Origin: Octopus vulgaris
Taxonomy: Eukaryota
Reading direction: 5' to 3'
Length of the DNA stretch: 64,000 nucleotides
Assembly (NCBI GenBank): GCA_951406725.2
Contig: OX597830.1
Coordinates: 15,500,001 to 15,564,000, forward strand
Notes under the pieces: generated by a model
Seen by the model: only the letters and a program-made list of their open reading frames with translations
Told to the model about the DNA's origin: nothing
The model's database searches: none
Translations under genes and position numbers: made by a program
Shown here: positions 28,569 through 42,113 of the stretch, in pieces
How positions within the stretch are numbered: position 1 is the first letter of the stretch
How the letters are laid out: the number at the start of each line of letters is the position of its first letter

Positions 28569-28982
28569 GGACTTTTCGGTTTGAACGGCAGTTTTTTCTA
28601 GCAGTGTCATATGAAATTGTCACCCATAATTATGACCCTAGTATCGATCTATTGCATTTCAATCTGTTTTAGGGTTAGGGTTGGGGGAAGGGTATCTTTT
28701 TTTCTTCAGAAATGTAAATAAACCCAATCTGTTTCTTAAACGAGGGACATATTCATACGGCACAGAATGTTTTTTTTTTACCTCAATAGACGTCATTCTT
28801 TGGTTGAAATTGCAGAAATTGAAGAAAAAAAAACAACAAATATCTTACAAACTATAGAATTTTCTCAATAAAACCAAGAGAAGAAGATGTTTTATAAACA
28901 CATTCTACCAGTATACGAAGTTTAAAATTTTTTAGTTACCTAGAAATTATGTTAAAAACTGCCGTTCAAACCGAAAAGATCC
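28569..28982. mobile_element. MITE with GG-start TIRs and perfect 8-bp TSD (Merlin-like by termini)
   Basis: TIR gga(t)cttttcggtttgaacggcagttttt at both ends. TSD GTTTGCAT at 28561-28568 and 28983-28990. Confidence 0.88.
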
Positions 28983-29426
28983 GTTTGCATTAACTGAGAT
29001 TGGTCACTATCGAGCCAACATAAGACATAAGAAATATGACTAAGTCACAGACCTTGCTAGAACACACACACATGACTTCACTGCCTGCTGCTCTGTAATT
29101 ATCACTTGTGAACAATGGCTAAAAAAAAGGCTAAAAAATTATGGATGGAAAATATAACAAACCTGGAAGGGGCCACCTACCCTGTCGTGAAAAAAGTTAC
29201 ATTCTTGAGACGTAAAGAAAAGAAAAAACAGTTAATAAAAAAACAGTATGGTCACAGCTGGAATGTCTTTGATCATGCTAGATCTGGACTTACTTTACAA
29301 AGACAACAGCAACTTCCTGATGAAGTGCAAGCACTGGTTACCTGACTCGGTCACTAAGACAATCCCCAAGTGTTACAACCGAAAGCTGCATGAATAATAA
29401 TGATTGCAGCTATATTGAAGTTTTAA

Positions 29427-29661
29427 AGGCGGTGAGCTGGCAGAAACGTTAGCACGCCGGGCGAAATGCATAGCCGTATTTCGTCTGCCGTTACGTTCTG
29501 AGTTCAAATTCCGCCGAGTTCCACTTTGCCTTTCATCATTTCGGGGGGGTCGATAAATTCAGTACCAATTACACACTGGGGATCGATATAATCGACTTAA
29601 TCCGTTTTTCTGTCCTTGTTTATCCCCACTGTGTTTAGCCCCTTGTGGGTAGTAAAGAAAT
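29427..29661 (+). mobile_element. SINE family B, full length
   Basis: ggcggtgagctggcagaaacg...gtgggtagtaaagaaata. Confidence 0.92.
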
Positions 29662-30722
29662 ATATATTGAAATTTTTACACTGGTTACCATAGTCGAACT
29701 GGTCACTGGCGTCGCTTTTTACCAATCTCCTTCTTTTACTCTTGTGACCTCACTTTTTTTATTAGAATTTCTTTCTCTTCTTTTCTCTCCTCTTCCCAGT
29801 CTGTCTTATACAGCTTCCTCACAGTATCTATCTATTCCTGTATCATTCATTCTTGTGAAATCACCGTTATTTTACATGAAAGCACACACAAACACACTAA
29901 TACACGACGTATGTCTGTATATGTAATATAAAATATATATAAACATTTGCATTTATGTATGTATGTGTATGCTCATTGCAGGCTAGCATGATGATGATGA
30001 TGATATTTGTTTATATAGATTACATATATGTGTGTATGTATGTATATATAGATATGCTTGTGTGTCTGTAATATATATATATGTGTACGTATGTATAGCA
30101 TCATCATCATTTTAAAGTCCTTTTTACTATGCTCATGTGGGTCGGATGGAGTTCATTCAGGTATATTTTCAATGGCCACATGCTCTTCAAACACACACTC
30201 ACTGTGCTTATACATACACACACATACACACAAGCATATACACTCACTTAAACACACACAAATATACATAAGAATTCTCACTGCTCGCAAATATCAAGAA
30301 ATGGTATGCAATCACAAAGTATTTAAGTAGAGTAAAAACAGAATCTTTTACATTTATTTGGAAATATTTACAATGTTTATTGGGTTCATCAATGTAGAGG
30401 AATTTTAGTTTTGATAATTTAATCCTCAGATACGTGGCATTGATTGATCGACTGATTGATTTTTTTCCTTTTTGTTTAGTTTACTTATAAATTTTTGTTC
30501 TTGTTTTTGGAAAGGGATAAAGCCAAAGTAAGACAAAGAACCTGGCTGAGGTCCAACAATCTCTGTAGACACACGTTATACATATATATATGTGTGTGTG
30601 TGTGTATACATATGTATATGAATATATGCATGTATATAAATTGTGCATGTGTGTTTATATTAAAACATATTTGTATTAGATCTCATTCTCTCTCTTTCAT
30701 GCTCTCTGTCTCAACTCCAGAC

Positions 30723-30790
<68 letters not shown>

Positions 30791-30981
30791 TACAACCACA
30801 TGCTACACAAACACGTATATATATATATATATATATATATGGAATGTTGAGACATTTAGCAGATATGTGTTTATGTATGTGTGTATACACATATGTTCAT
30901 ACATATGTATTTATGTATGTATATATATATATATGTGTGTATATATATATATATGTGTGTGTGTGTATATATATATATATA

Positions 30982-31012
<31 letters not shown>

Positions 31013-31013
31013 G

Positions 31014-31055
<42 letters not shown>

Positions 31056-31173
31056 AAACGATGATGATGATGATGATGATATATATATATATATACACAG
31101 TGAAATTTATATGTTTGTGCATATATATATGTTTTAATTTTTAATCACCAGAAGTGATTGAAGAGCTATATAC

Positions 31174-31206
<33 letters not shown>

Positions 31207-32099
31207 CATGTAGTTTTTTTTTTTATCAAGCCTATATATATTTATATGCATATTGATGTATATATTTATACACAGATAAATACATATGCATTGTTATACA
31301 TAGAAATTTATTTTGCTCTATAGCAAAGACATTTGTTTACAGTTACCATACAATGTCAACACAAAGAGATATGGACACACACACACACACACATGGATGA
31401 TAACCTTTTATTTATATATATGTCTATGAAATCCACACCTAAAATCTTAACTTGGCCTCAGTCTCCAGTCGAAGGTAAAATACTTGCCGAAAGGACTGAG
31501 CTCAAACCACATGGTTTGAAAAGGAAGTTTTAACTATAGGGAAGGTGACGTCATCTGTTGTGGCTTAGCAGTTTTCGAAGTGTCACAAACACATGAACCA
31601 ACACACAGACACAAACACATGCACGTGTATGTACACACACATATACATATATACACATATACACTCATATGTATATGATGGTTATTTTATTTAGATCTCA
31701 TCTCCTTGTTCTGCTCTTAAGGCTTTGGTCAGCCCAAGGATATACATTTATCTGTGTGTAGGTATATGGTACATGTGTACATGTATATATATAAAGATGT
31801 ATATCAAAATATTATATATATGTATAATATATACATTTATGTGCTTGCTTTGGTATATATATATAGTACAAAGTAAGATAGGGATTATGAAGGTAACCCA
31901 CTATGGAATATCAGTTATCCAATATACTGCTGGTATATATATATATATATGAACACACATGTATAATGATTTATATATACATGTTTATAAGGATTTATAC
32001 CTACACACACATGTATATATCTATATCTAATATATATATATACATACATAAATACACAAGTGCAGGTATAAATGTGTGTGTATGTATATATATGTGTGT

Positions 32100-32287
32100 G
32101 TGTGTATATATATATACATACATACACACATATACACATTTGTGTAAATGTATATATATACATACACACATATACACATCTATGTGAATGTATATATATA
32201 TATAATATATATATACATACATACACACATCTGTATAAATGTATATATATATACATACATACACACATATACACATCTGTGTGAATG

Positions 32288-32295
<8 letters not shown>
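32100..32295. repeat. minisatellite (~40-45 bp unit, ~4 copies) built from TA/CA microsatellites
   Basis: Recurring catacacacatatacacat(c/t)tgtg(t/g)aatgtatata. Confidence 0.7.
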
Positions 32296-32318
<23 letters not shown>

Positions 32319-32402
32319 TTTATCCTTGAGCCTATAGCCATCACTTGCCAGCAAGTGTTAATTGCTCACATGCACCATGCTATCATTAATTGCCGTACAT
32401 AC

Positions 32403-32607
32403 CTGTGTAGTTGCAGGGAGATGTGGAAACAGTCTCGGTCCTCCCTGCTCTGTCTCCTTTCAGCTGTAGTAACATTGAAGATATTGTATAGGTGGAGAGC
32501 GACAAGGCTTCACCAGCACCAGGCTTCTGTTTGTTGTCGGGTGCGTTGATTGAAGCCACTTGAAATGAAGTACCTTGAGGAATAATGTGATGCACCGTCT
32601 GGTCCAT
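32403..32607 (-). CDS. probable first coding exon of an unidentified gene (MDQTVHHIIPQGTSFQVASINAPDNKQKPGAGEALSLSTYTISSMLLQLKGDRAGRTETVSTSPCNYT+G); exon probably begins at 32633
   Basis: Non-repetitive ORF with protein-like composition. Kozak-like atcATGG with an in-frame stop upstream. Donor ACAG|GTATGT after 205 nt (phase 1). Upstream acceptor ccgctaag|G is weak. Confidence 0.6.
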
Positions 32608-32740
32608 GATATTATGATCGTGAACTTAATCACCTTAGCGGTTATTGAAAAACACACATCTATAAGTGTGTGTATGTGTGTGTACATATCTAAACACGTA
32701 AACAAATAAATATATATATAACCATACACAAATATATATA

Positions 32741-32773
<33 letters not shown>

Positions 32774-32803
32774 TTACACACACACATGAAAATAATGTAT
32801 ATA

Positions 32804-32844
<41 letters not shown>

Positions 32845-32845
32845 A

Positions 32846-33041
32846 ATGTGACCTCGTGTGTACCGTTGGCGATTTTTTTTCCTCCGTCTTCCTTTCTTTG
32901 GATCTTTCCTTTTCCTATGTTTCTGACGAAGAGTTCCGCTCGAAACATTAAACCCTCCTTATTTCCTTCTTTCCTGAGCATCCAATAACACCATACTTGT
33001 TCCACATCCTCACGTTGTTGTGTTTTCATGTTTGGATTAAC
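32846..33041 (+). mobile_element. short hammerhead-bearing element family H1 (Penelope-LTR/retrozyme-like)
   Basis: Homologous to 46271-46472 and flanked by (TA)n. Contains a decayed hammerhead at 32919-32953. Confidence 0.7.
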
Positions 33042-33329
33042 TATATATATATATATATATACATACATACATACACATGTATATATACAAATTTTTTTCT
33101 TATTGTTCTCACTGCCCAACATCCTTGTTTTTACAATATATCTAATGTATATACAGAGTCTGAAAGATTGTTTGGAGATACTTGGTGTATTTTATAAATA
33201 CGCCTGTTACAAGTATCATAAAAGCATGAAACTTATAGTAGCTCTTTCAGTATGTGTATTAAATTAAAACTTATCTCTCATTGGATGGAGTACTATGTCT
33301 GTTGATTCTGCATATATTGGATCTATCTA

Positions 33330-33377
<48 letters not shown>

Positions 33378-33779
33378 CAAAATGGGACAAGAACGCAAAA
33401 CATTCAGAAGACGATACAAAAATCACGAACGGGTCATTCGAAGCCTTCGATCTTCAGTCAAGAACCGGATCATCCTTGCAATTTCGGCTGGTTATACTCG
33501 AGATTGCTCTAATCTGGCCAGCCCCAAGGAAAAACTAAGCTAAGTGCATTAGATTCCTTGGAAAAAAAGCTTCGAATGTATACGAAACAAGGACAAAAAA
33601 AATGGACAATGTTACATAGATAGATAGATATAGATATAACATGCATGAGTGTGTGTGTACATACAGAAATATATGTGTATGGGTCTGCGCTGACTGCAAA
33701 TCTAGAATTGCAATCTCTCTCTTTCTCTCTCTCTATGAATTCTAGTTCTTCAGACCTCAGAATTCTTTGTTATGAAATT

Positions 33780-35900
33780 GCATATCATTTTCTTCCGCCC
33801 TCTTGTAGACTGCATTAAGATCATGCTGTTAATGTACAGCATCATCATCGGTGTTCTGAATTGCCTCATCAATATTGCTACTGGGATTACTTGTACATAT
33901 ACCTGACTGTGTGTCTGACAGAGCAACCACTAGTAGCATTGGTCCCAAAAAGGGTTCCAGAGGAACTCAACTCAAAATCAGTATTTCCTTTGAAAAGGCA
34001 CCATTTGCTGCCACCCTCTGACTTGTGTGCTTCTTAAAACATTACATAGCCACTCTCTTAATTTCTGAACTGATTGGAGGTCCCAGCATCCAACACACCA
34101 TTATTGTTCTTTGCAAAACCACAGGGTGGCTGTGTGGTAAGAAGCTTACTTCCTAATCACATGCTTCTGGGTTCAGTCCCACTGCATGGCACCTTGGGCA
34201 AGTGTCTTCTACTATAGCCTTGGGCTGGCCAAAGCCTTGTCAGTGAATTTGATAAATGGAAACTGAAAGAAGCCTGTCATATATATGTGTTTGTGTTTGT
34301 CCCCCCACCAATACTTGACAACTGGTGCTGGTGTGCTTACATCCCCATGACTTAGGAGTTCAGCAAAAGAAACCAATAGAATAAGTACTAGGTTTTAAAA
34401 AAAAATAAATCTAAGAGTCGATGCATTCAACTAAAATTCTTCAAGGTAGTGCTCTGACATGGCCACAGTCTAATGACTGGAACAAGTAAAAGATAAAAGA
34501 TATTATGAATGATTAAACAGCTCTTTCAAACATTCAGTCATAGTGCTGCAGGGTTTGAGTAAGGCAGCTTCTTTCTGGGCTGGGCTGAGTGTTTGTCTCT
34601 ATTACTTTGGTGACATGTGAAGTCAGAGTACATAGGCCTGTAATCTTTTTTAAGTATCAGCTCTGCTTCCACCTTTATGGATAGGGCATATTGTGCCTTC
34701 CTTCATCTTTTTCAGAGATTTCTTAATTGCCGAGAAGCTTCGGGAAAGTTTCTAGTGTGGTTTAGCTAAAATTTGTTTATATATTACTTTTAGAAGGATT
34801 GCTGGGAATCCACCAGGGCCCAGTGCAGAGTTTAAGCTCATTTCATCTAGGGTTGATATTACATCTACCTCATTTATGTCATGTAACAATAGTTGGCACC
34901 TTCCAATGAAGAGTTGTTGTATCAAAGATCTCTTCTGGTTTATTTACTTGCACATGTCCTGTGGGAAAGTGTAAACAACTTTTTAACTGCCCATTCAGTA
35001 TTTCACTTATCCTTTTGGTGTTTGCTCTTAACGAGTTGTCTTTTTGGAATAATGGCCATATTTTGTGCACACTGTCCATTTCTTTAACAAATGTGTTGTT
35101 TGTACAGTTCGAGTTCCTCTGTTTCTCTGATATCACCCTTTCATGACAGTGCCTGATTTTCTTCTTTATTGTTTGGACCGTCCTTATATTGTCAGATTGC
35201 TTGTTGTCTGTTTATTGTCTGAATACTAAGTATTCAGATTTCCCTGTCACATGTAGAACTTATTTACTTACATTGTTTTGAATTAACTGTGCATTATCTC
35301 ACAGTTTCAAACTTTCGATGATTGTCATTGTTTATTTCTAGAATGGCATTGTAGAATATGTGTGAGAGGCCAAATCTGGCAGGTTTGAACACAAAACAAG
35401 TGAAATACCTGGCTGGATATGGTCAGTTTCAATGCTAAAGGATTAAGTGATATGTCAACTTTGTTCTCTCCCATAAGAACTTGTGTCATTGACACAAATA
35501 ATTCAAGCATTGTTTCATTGCATTGCATCAAGAAATTTCTTGCCAGTCCTTAAACAAGGACCTCTTCTGGACTGATTTCCAATCAGTTTTGTGAATGTTT
35601 TGGCTGGATAACTGAGTGTATATTTGTGGTTTCCCTTGGACCATACATTGTAAGTTCTATTAGGTTGTGGATCAAGAAGATTGTCGCATTATAGGTGAGT
35701 TCCATGTTCTTTATGAAGCAGAGACTGTGCATGTATTTGCTCCTGGTGGGTTGAAACATAATTTGTTCCATGAACAACATGTTAGAGAGTTCAGGTAGAT
35801 CTGTTTGTTTTTGTTCATGCAATGACATTCCCAAGAGAATTTGATATTCAGGTCATTCAGTGTTAGAGAATTTGGTTGGTAGAAACAGAAAACATCCTCT
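33780..35900 (-). pseudogene. decayed CR1-clade LINE ORF2 (endonuclease and reverse transcriptase remnants), interrupted by SINE A
   Basis: Minus-strand peptides: QIMFQPTRSKY..CF..HNLI (EN end), DEMSLNSALGPGGFPAILLK, ICPIHKGGSRAD..YRP..LTSHVTKVIE, QRVAANG..LGPMLLVVALSD (RT motifs). Many frameshifts. Confidence 0.75.
34124..34500 (+). mobile_element. SINE family A, heavily CpG-decayed
   Basis: Full head to tail, with most consensus CpGs changed to TG or CA. Confidence 0.88.
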
Positions 35901-36715
35901 TGTACATGCACACACATACAATTTCTTTTCTGTTTGTGCCTCCTTTTCTTGATATTACATGGTAGAGTGTCATCATCTTATAAGCAGTAATTTGTTTCCA
36001 ATCATCTATGCAAACCTGCCCAGTCATATGGGAATATTACTTTGCTCAGAAACAAGTGAGTGTTGTCGACAGGAAGGGCATTCAGCTGTAGAAAATGAAT
36101 TCCACCTGACCTAAGCATATTTATTGAAAAGTGGATGTTAAAAACAGTGACGATTATATATATATAGATAGATAGTTATGTGGTAAGGCTTCAACAAATA
36201 GAAAATGGTGAAATATATTAATGTTTTGGTCACAAAACTCTGGGTAGCTGTATTTCACAAGACTTAAAGTTTTCATTATAACATCATTTATATATATATG
36301 TCCTGTCTTTTACTGTTTATATTTTGTACCGTCTTTACTGTCCTGTTTTTGTTACCATTTTTACCCCTCCGCAAAAAAAATCTCAAATTTTATTTAATTT
36401 GCCCTTTGCGGGAAGGAATGTTTCAACGAAGTCGTGTCTCGCCTTGACCTTCGATACGCGGAGTAGATGAAACAGATGCGACTGAAGAAGGGGAATTTCC
36501 CTTGTTTTGTATGTCCTGTACTCTATTTTTTTGTTGTTTAAGAAAAATGTCCAGTTCTTTGGTTTTGTGTTTATGTTTTCGTTTCTCATTGTGTTCAACG
36601 TTTGGTGTCCTGTACCCATATATACATGTATATATACATGTAGATGTAGGTACGTACATATATGTATGTATATATGCATATGTTTTATTTATTAATTTGT
36701 TATTATATATATATA

Positions 36716-36910
36716 AGGTGGCACGTAAAAAGCACCCACTACACTCACGGAGTGGTTGGCGTTAGGAAGGGCATCCAGCTGTAGAAACATTGCCAAATTT
36801 AGACTGGAGCCTGGTGCAGCCTTCTGGCTTCCCAGAACCCCGGTCGAACTGTCCAACCCATGCTAGCATGGAGAACGGACGTTAAACGACGATGATGATG
36901 ATGATGATGA
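36716..36910 (+). mobile_element. retroposon family C with (GAT)n tail
   Basis: tggttggcgttaggaagggcatccagctgtagaaa...ggacgttaaacgacgatgatgat. Reverse-orientation copies at 44918-45058 and about 40445-40620, diverged copies at about 36050-36150 and 45890-46000. Confidence 0.8.
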
Positions 36911-37029
36911 TATATATATATTGATATATTTGGAGAGAGTCAAAATTAATAAAGCCTATAAACATATTCATCAGTTGTTGTTTGACTATATTTCATTTTC
37001 TTTCTTTTCTCAAAGCAGTCAATGTTTTC

Positions 37030-38500
37030 CTCTGTCCTCAAGGTATCTTTTATAACACAAGTCTAGTATACAGTTTGCCTTTAAATGCTTGGTTTTTAGT
37101 TTTCAACTGATTTTCCTCTTGTTACATCTAATGAGCGCTAATGATGTTTTCATTTATTTACTTCAGAACATCTGCGTGTGTGTGTTTTGGTTGTTTGTAG
37201 TTGCTTTTGGAATTATGTTATTCAAGTATTGTTCTTGTTGTGGTAGGCATTTCAACTTATTCTTCATGGCTAAGTTTGCATCTTATGCTTGTATAGCGTC
37301 TGTTATCGAGCATTAGATTGGGTCTTTTGGGTATCAGAAAAGAATTCTTGCTTCCAGCATTTTGCATTGTGCCATTGTCTTTGATTTTAAGTTTTCTGCC
37401 ACATAGTGCTTTTCCTAAATTTACAGGTTCGTTCACCTCTGGGTCTAGCACCAATGAACATCACATCTTGGAATTTGTTTTTGTCATACCAGGAATTTTC
37501 CTTGCCCAGCTTTTCCCTTTTCCCTTTTGAATCTGTTCCAGAATTTTCCCCAGTGCATGGGGCACACTCCATTAGAATGATGATGATAGTTTCAAGCATT
37601 TTTCTAGCAATTTGTATACCCTGATCTGATATAATTGGTTGTATCCAGGGAGACGTATGTGATAGTGGAAATTCTGTACATAGTTTATCCGTTCATATAC
37701 ATGAAATATGTTTCTCATAATCTTTCCTTGGTCCACTGTCAAGATGTTTATTTTTGCATTTGTTGACAAAACAGAGCTCTGGAGTGCCAGGTGTTTATTG
37801 GCCATAAGTTTCATATAATATGGGTGGACAAGCTGTTTCTTGCCACTATATAATTTCTAGCTATAGATCCTTATCTAGAACTGGTAGCCTTTTGGAGGTG
37901 TTTGGATAGGTAATTAATGTTAGCTTTAACCCTTTCGTTACCAACCTGGCTGAAACTGGCTCTGGTTCCAAGTACAAATGCTTTGTTTTCATAAGTTTTG
38001 AATTAAAATCTTCCACCAAACCTTAGTCACAATTTATGTTCCCAACACCAGCTTAATGATAACTAAGTTATTTTACTAAATTCTTTGTTATATTTAAAAT
38101 TAATTGAAAGGAACACAGAGCATCTCAAAATAAATACGTTAACAAAAGGGTTAATGCATTCATCTGCTGGATCTTTTCTATATAAGTGTACATCTCTATA
38201 GGTATGGATTTCTCTGTTTGGTACTGTTTGAATACTTTATTCCACCCTACCATGAAGATGTTGGTTACATCATCAGCAATGGCTGCACCTGTCTCTTGAT
38301 TATATCCTGAAAGTAATGTGAATACAGGTACAAATTTTATATTAAGACCTAAATCAGCCGACTCACACATGATGGCAAGGAATTCTCCATTTGTATTACT
38401 ATCAGGACAACCCTTATATTTTTCATAGATGCTGTGACATGGATTACTGCTGATGTTCCTGATGCCTTAAGGGATTCCATATCAGATCCCTTTGTCTAGT
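37030..38500 (-). pseudogene. decayed L1/Tx1-like LINE ORF2 remnant
   Basis: AIADDVT (YADD-like) in ORF 38125-38370, and a C-terminal ETI..ILMEC...FWN-like zinc-knuckle remnant near 37520-37600. Confidence 0.45.
37930..38150. mobile_element. piggyBac-like MITE
   Basis: TTAA|CCCTTTCGTTACC ... GTTAACAAAAGGG|TTAA. The interior is related in reverse orientation to 59770-59987. Confidence 0.85.
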
Positions 38501-38840
38501 TAACACAGCCAAGACTGATCAAGTACCAGCTTGGGTCCCAGCAGCAACATACAGACCTGTTCTCTATCCAGTTCTAATAGTAGAAATACTTGCAGCTTCT
38601 GCAATGGAATGTATGGCCACTCCTTGCTGCACTAGTAATTCCAGTGCCGTCAGAGCTTTGCAGCCTACTTTAATTGGCTGCTGCATGCCCACAAGCCTTA
38701 GCTTCTGCACTGATCAACTGGCTCCTGGTATTAGGCTGGCTTTCTCTCATAAACCTGCTCCATGGTTTTTCTTAAGGCACAGTCAGCTCATTCATGTGTG
38801 TGTGAGAATATGTTTATAATTATGTGTGTGTGTGTGTGTG

Positions 38841-38960
38841 TCTCCTTCTGTAGAAGAGCATAGGCTCGAAATGTAAAAGACTTTTTCTATTCCTGAGCAT
38901 TATACTAATACATCTGTTTGTTTTGTACACCACCTGTCTTCGTCTTTTCGTAAACTCTCT
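38841..38960 (+). mobile_element. short hammerhead-bearing element family H2
   Basis: Near-identical to 47750-47880. Hammerhead-like motif at 38844-38879 with CpG decay. Confidence 0.7.
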
Positions 38961-39799
38961 CTCTCTATATATGTGTGTGTGTGTGTGTATATAAGTATGT
39001 ATATAAATATATGTGCATATATCTATAAATCATGGAGTGATGTGTCTGTATTGTTTTTATGTCAACTTATATATAACAATTTACCATCAAACTTAAGGAT
39101 TACTTTTTGTACAGTACAAGTCCATAGAATGTCTACAAAGAAAGAGTTGACTGTACCTTTGAAGTTTTGGCTTGCTTACCTTTGTCAGACTGTGCAAAAG
39201 CAAAGTAAATCTAAACTTCAATCTTTGTCATTCTTTGCCATGAAAAATTTTAATATGGTAAAAACAAGACTGGAGATTTATTTTTAGAATTACTTATATA
39301 ATTTCAGAAGTAACTCTCCTGTCTTGGGTTTTTATTTTTTTTTATGTTTACTCTGTGGCTTTTGTATCTATGGAGACCAGTAACAAGAAAGTTTGATGAA
39401 AGAAGATACGTTCTCTTCACAGATTTTTCTTTTGTAATGTAACCGCATACATGAAGTTCTATATACTGATTATATATTATATGCACTTTTTATTTACACT
39501 ATATCAAAATATTTAAGATTTTACTAACACATACGCATATATATATCTAAAAACTATCTACTGTCTTTCTCTCCGACCACACATATACAATATCCCTTCC
39601 GATGCTATTCTATGCATATTCTGTATCTTCCAAACATATACCAACACCACTTCTGACATCATCCCAAAGACATTTCTCTTCTCCTTTATATACATATATA
39701 ACCTACTCATCCCTAGCTCATTTTCTATCTCCCACACCCAACTAGGATCCCTTTTTTACCCTGCCCTCCCTATTGTAACACCTACCCTTCTTTTCCTAC

Positions 39800-40090
39800 A
39801 TCATGTTTCTCATTGGATCTAACCACTACTCTGTATAACCAACTCATTCATCTGCACCTGTACCAATCTCGTTTGCTGCATAAAATCCTCCCTCTGCAAC
39901 TCCCAACATGCTGAAGACAGACTGAATAACACTTGTCTAACCACATTACCAAATATCTACATGATATCTATCTTGACTGTACATGTGTAGCCCTACACTA
40001 ATTCCCCAGAGTTTTTCACCAACATGAACAAGAACTCATTTTCAGTCTTCAAACTTTCATCGCTAATGTGCCCAGCTATATTTCCTTTAG
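39800..40090 (+). pseudogene. decayed Penelope-like element, GIY-YIG endonuclease remnant
   Basis: FICTCTNLVCCIKSSLCN (cf. TCxSxNxxYxIxCxxC) and EQELIFSLQTF (cf. the E..WI..L.T..P.GLN end). Confidence 0.5.
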
Positions 40091-40376
40091 CACAAACCCT
40101 ATCACTGCACACTCGCTTACATATACATCCAGTCAAACATGGACCTTGATATGCATAGTCATTTGACCAACTATATACACACAAAGCACCACTCTTTCTA
40201 CTCTCACACATTCAATATCACTCCCATCCACAAACTAAACAATCACAGTACACATATATACTCAAAATATAGCACAGACTCATGCATACAATACGAATGT
40301 TATACACATAGCTACACCCTACCTTTTTGAACACAACTAACACACACATGAGCATGTGCACAAACATGCATATACA

Positions 40377-40418
<42 letters not shown>

Positions 40419-40716
40419 TGCATTTTATTGCTTATTTTGTGAATCATCATTTACTGTCCATTTTCCATGCAGGCATGGGTTCAGTGGTTTGATAGCAGCT
40501 GACCAACCAGACAGCTGTTTAGGCTCCAGTTGTCAGTTTTGGCATGGTTTCAATGGTTGGATGCCCCTCCTAGTGCCAGCTACTTTACAGAGTGTACTGG
40601 GTGCTTTTTACATGACGCTGGCATAATATGTATTTGTACACACATTGTAATAACTATACCCACAACTAAATGTTAGTAATTACTAACATGATAAAAAAAA
40701 CCCACTTACACATGTA

Positions 40717-41613
40717 TTGAGTCATCCCATAAATAATGCAGCTTTTTCAATTGCATGAACTAAAAGTCAGAGAGAGATGGGATAAACTACCTACATCAAA
40801 AGCAGGTAGTAATTTTATCTTGTCCTTATTCTTAGTGCAAATTTTGAAGAGTGCAGTTTGATTTTAACAGTTATTTTTTCAGAGCTATAATGGAAGTGAC
40901 AAAGGAGCATATTTGGCTTATTTTGCTTTATGAGTTCAATAAAGGCAACAGTGGAATGGAAAGTGTGAGGAATATTAATGCAGTATATGGGGATCGGACA
41001 ATAAGCATAAGCCAATGTCAACAGTGGTTCCAGAAATTCTGAGTGGGAAACTGCTGCCTAAAAGACGAGCCTGTCCTAGATGATCTGTAGAGCTCGATGA
41101 GGACGTCCTGGTGGAACAAAATCCCATTGTAACTGTTGAGGAACTAGCAGAGAAGCTCAAATTTGGTCATTCAACCATTTATCGACACCTGCGCTAGGAG
41201 AAAAACAACCACCTTTGGTTTGAAGACAAAAGGTGTTTTTCTATCAGGATAATGCTCAGCCACATACAGTAAGGATGATATTCCAAAGGCTGGAGTAGTT
41301 TGAATGGGAAACGATGCCCCACCCATCATATTTGCTGGACATTGCCCCATCTGATTATCATTTATTCCGTAGTCTTCAAAATTATTTGGGCAGAAAAAAT
41401 ACAAATTCTGTAGACAAAGTCAGAACAGTACTGGAGGAGTGTTTTTCGTCACGGACAAGTGAATTTTTGGAACAGGGGCCTTGCAGAGGGATGGAAGAGC
41501 ATTGTAGAAAATGAAGAAGACTATATTTTAGATAAAAAAAAGAACTTTGTTTATCTTGATTTTGTAAAATAAAAGAAGTAGTAAAAAATCTCACTATTTA
41601 TAGGATGACCCAA
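40717..41613 (+). mobile_element. internally deleted mariner (Tc1/mariner) transposon
   Basis: TA|ttgagtcatcccataaataatgc ... cactatttataggatgacccaa|TA gives TIRs and a TA TSD, with transposase remnants inside. Confidence 0.92.
40890..41520 (+). pseudogene. mariner transposase pseudogene
   Basis: MEVTKEHIWLILLYEFNKGNS...QQWFQKF (Mos1-type N-terminal HTH) and PHPSYLLDIAPSDYHLFRSLQNYL (YSPDLAPSD motif). Stops, frameshifts and a central deletion. Confidence 0.9.
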
Positions 41614-42113
41614 TATATACATGCACATTCAAACATGCTTAGTTTCTGCAGTTACTTCCTCTGTTGTCCATGTATAAAGGAACCGCTTTCCTTCCGTGTC
41701 ACTCCTGGTTCTCAAAACTCTGCAATTTAAAATATAACAATGTAGAAACAATATATATCTCGCTTTTCATTCACATTTTCTTTTCTCTCTCCAATTCTTT
41801 CCTTCTTCTAACTAAATTTAAGAAGAGGCTTAAGCTTGAAATTTCAGAGACTTATCTGTATTCCTGATCTCTCATTCAGTGCTAAACTCTTCTCTCCTTG
41901 TTTTCACTTTGTCTTCTTTGTTGTTGTTCTCACCATTAATTTGAACACACACACACTCACACACACGTTTTGCAAACATCTATTTATACTGGGAGGTGAA
42001 TAAATGAAAGAAAGCAGCATCCAACACATGTAGTTGTCTCGTTTCATATGACTTAAAATTTTGTACTGGGGAAGATAAATTTTGATGGCAGATGGGCATA
42101 TAAATATACATAC

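Noticed and set aside
28668-28685. TTAGGG repeats as an interstitial telomere
   Set aside because: Only two units, internal to a MITE.
33370-33615. CpG-retaining structured-looking insert between TA tracts (similar style at 36300-36620)
   Set aside because: Probably a young repeat fragment. CTGAAGA and GAAA are present but not in a valid hammerhead order, and the class could not be assigned.
35228-35446. Possible third piggyBac-like MITE ending aatgctaagggattaa
   Set aside because: Only one degenerate terminus is visible and there is no second copy in the window.
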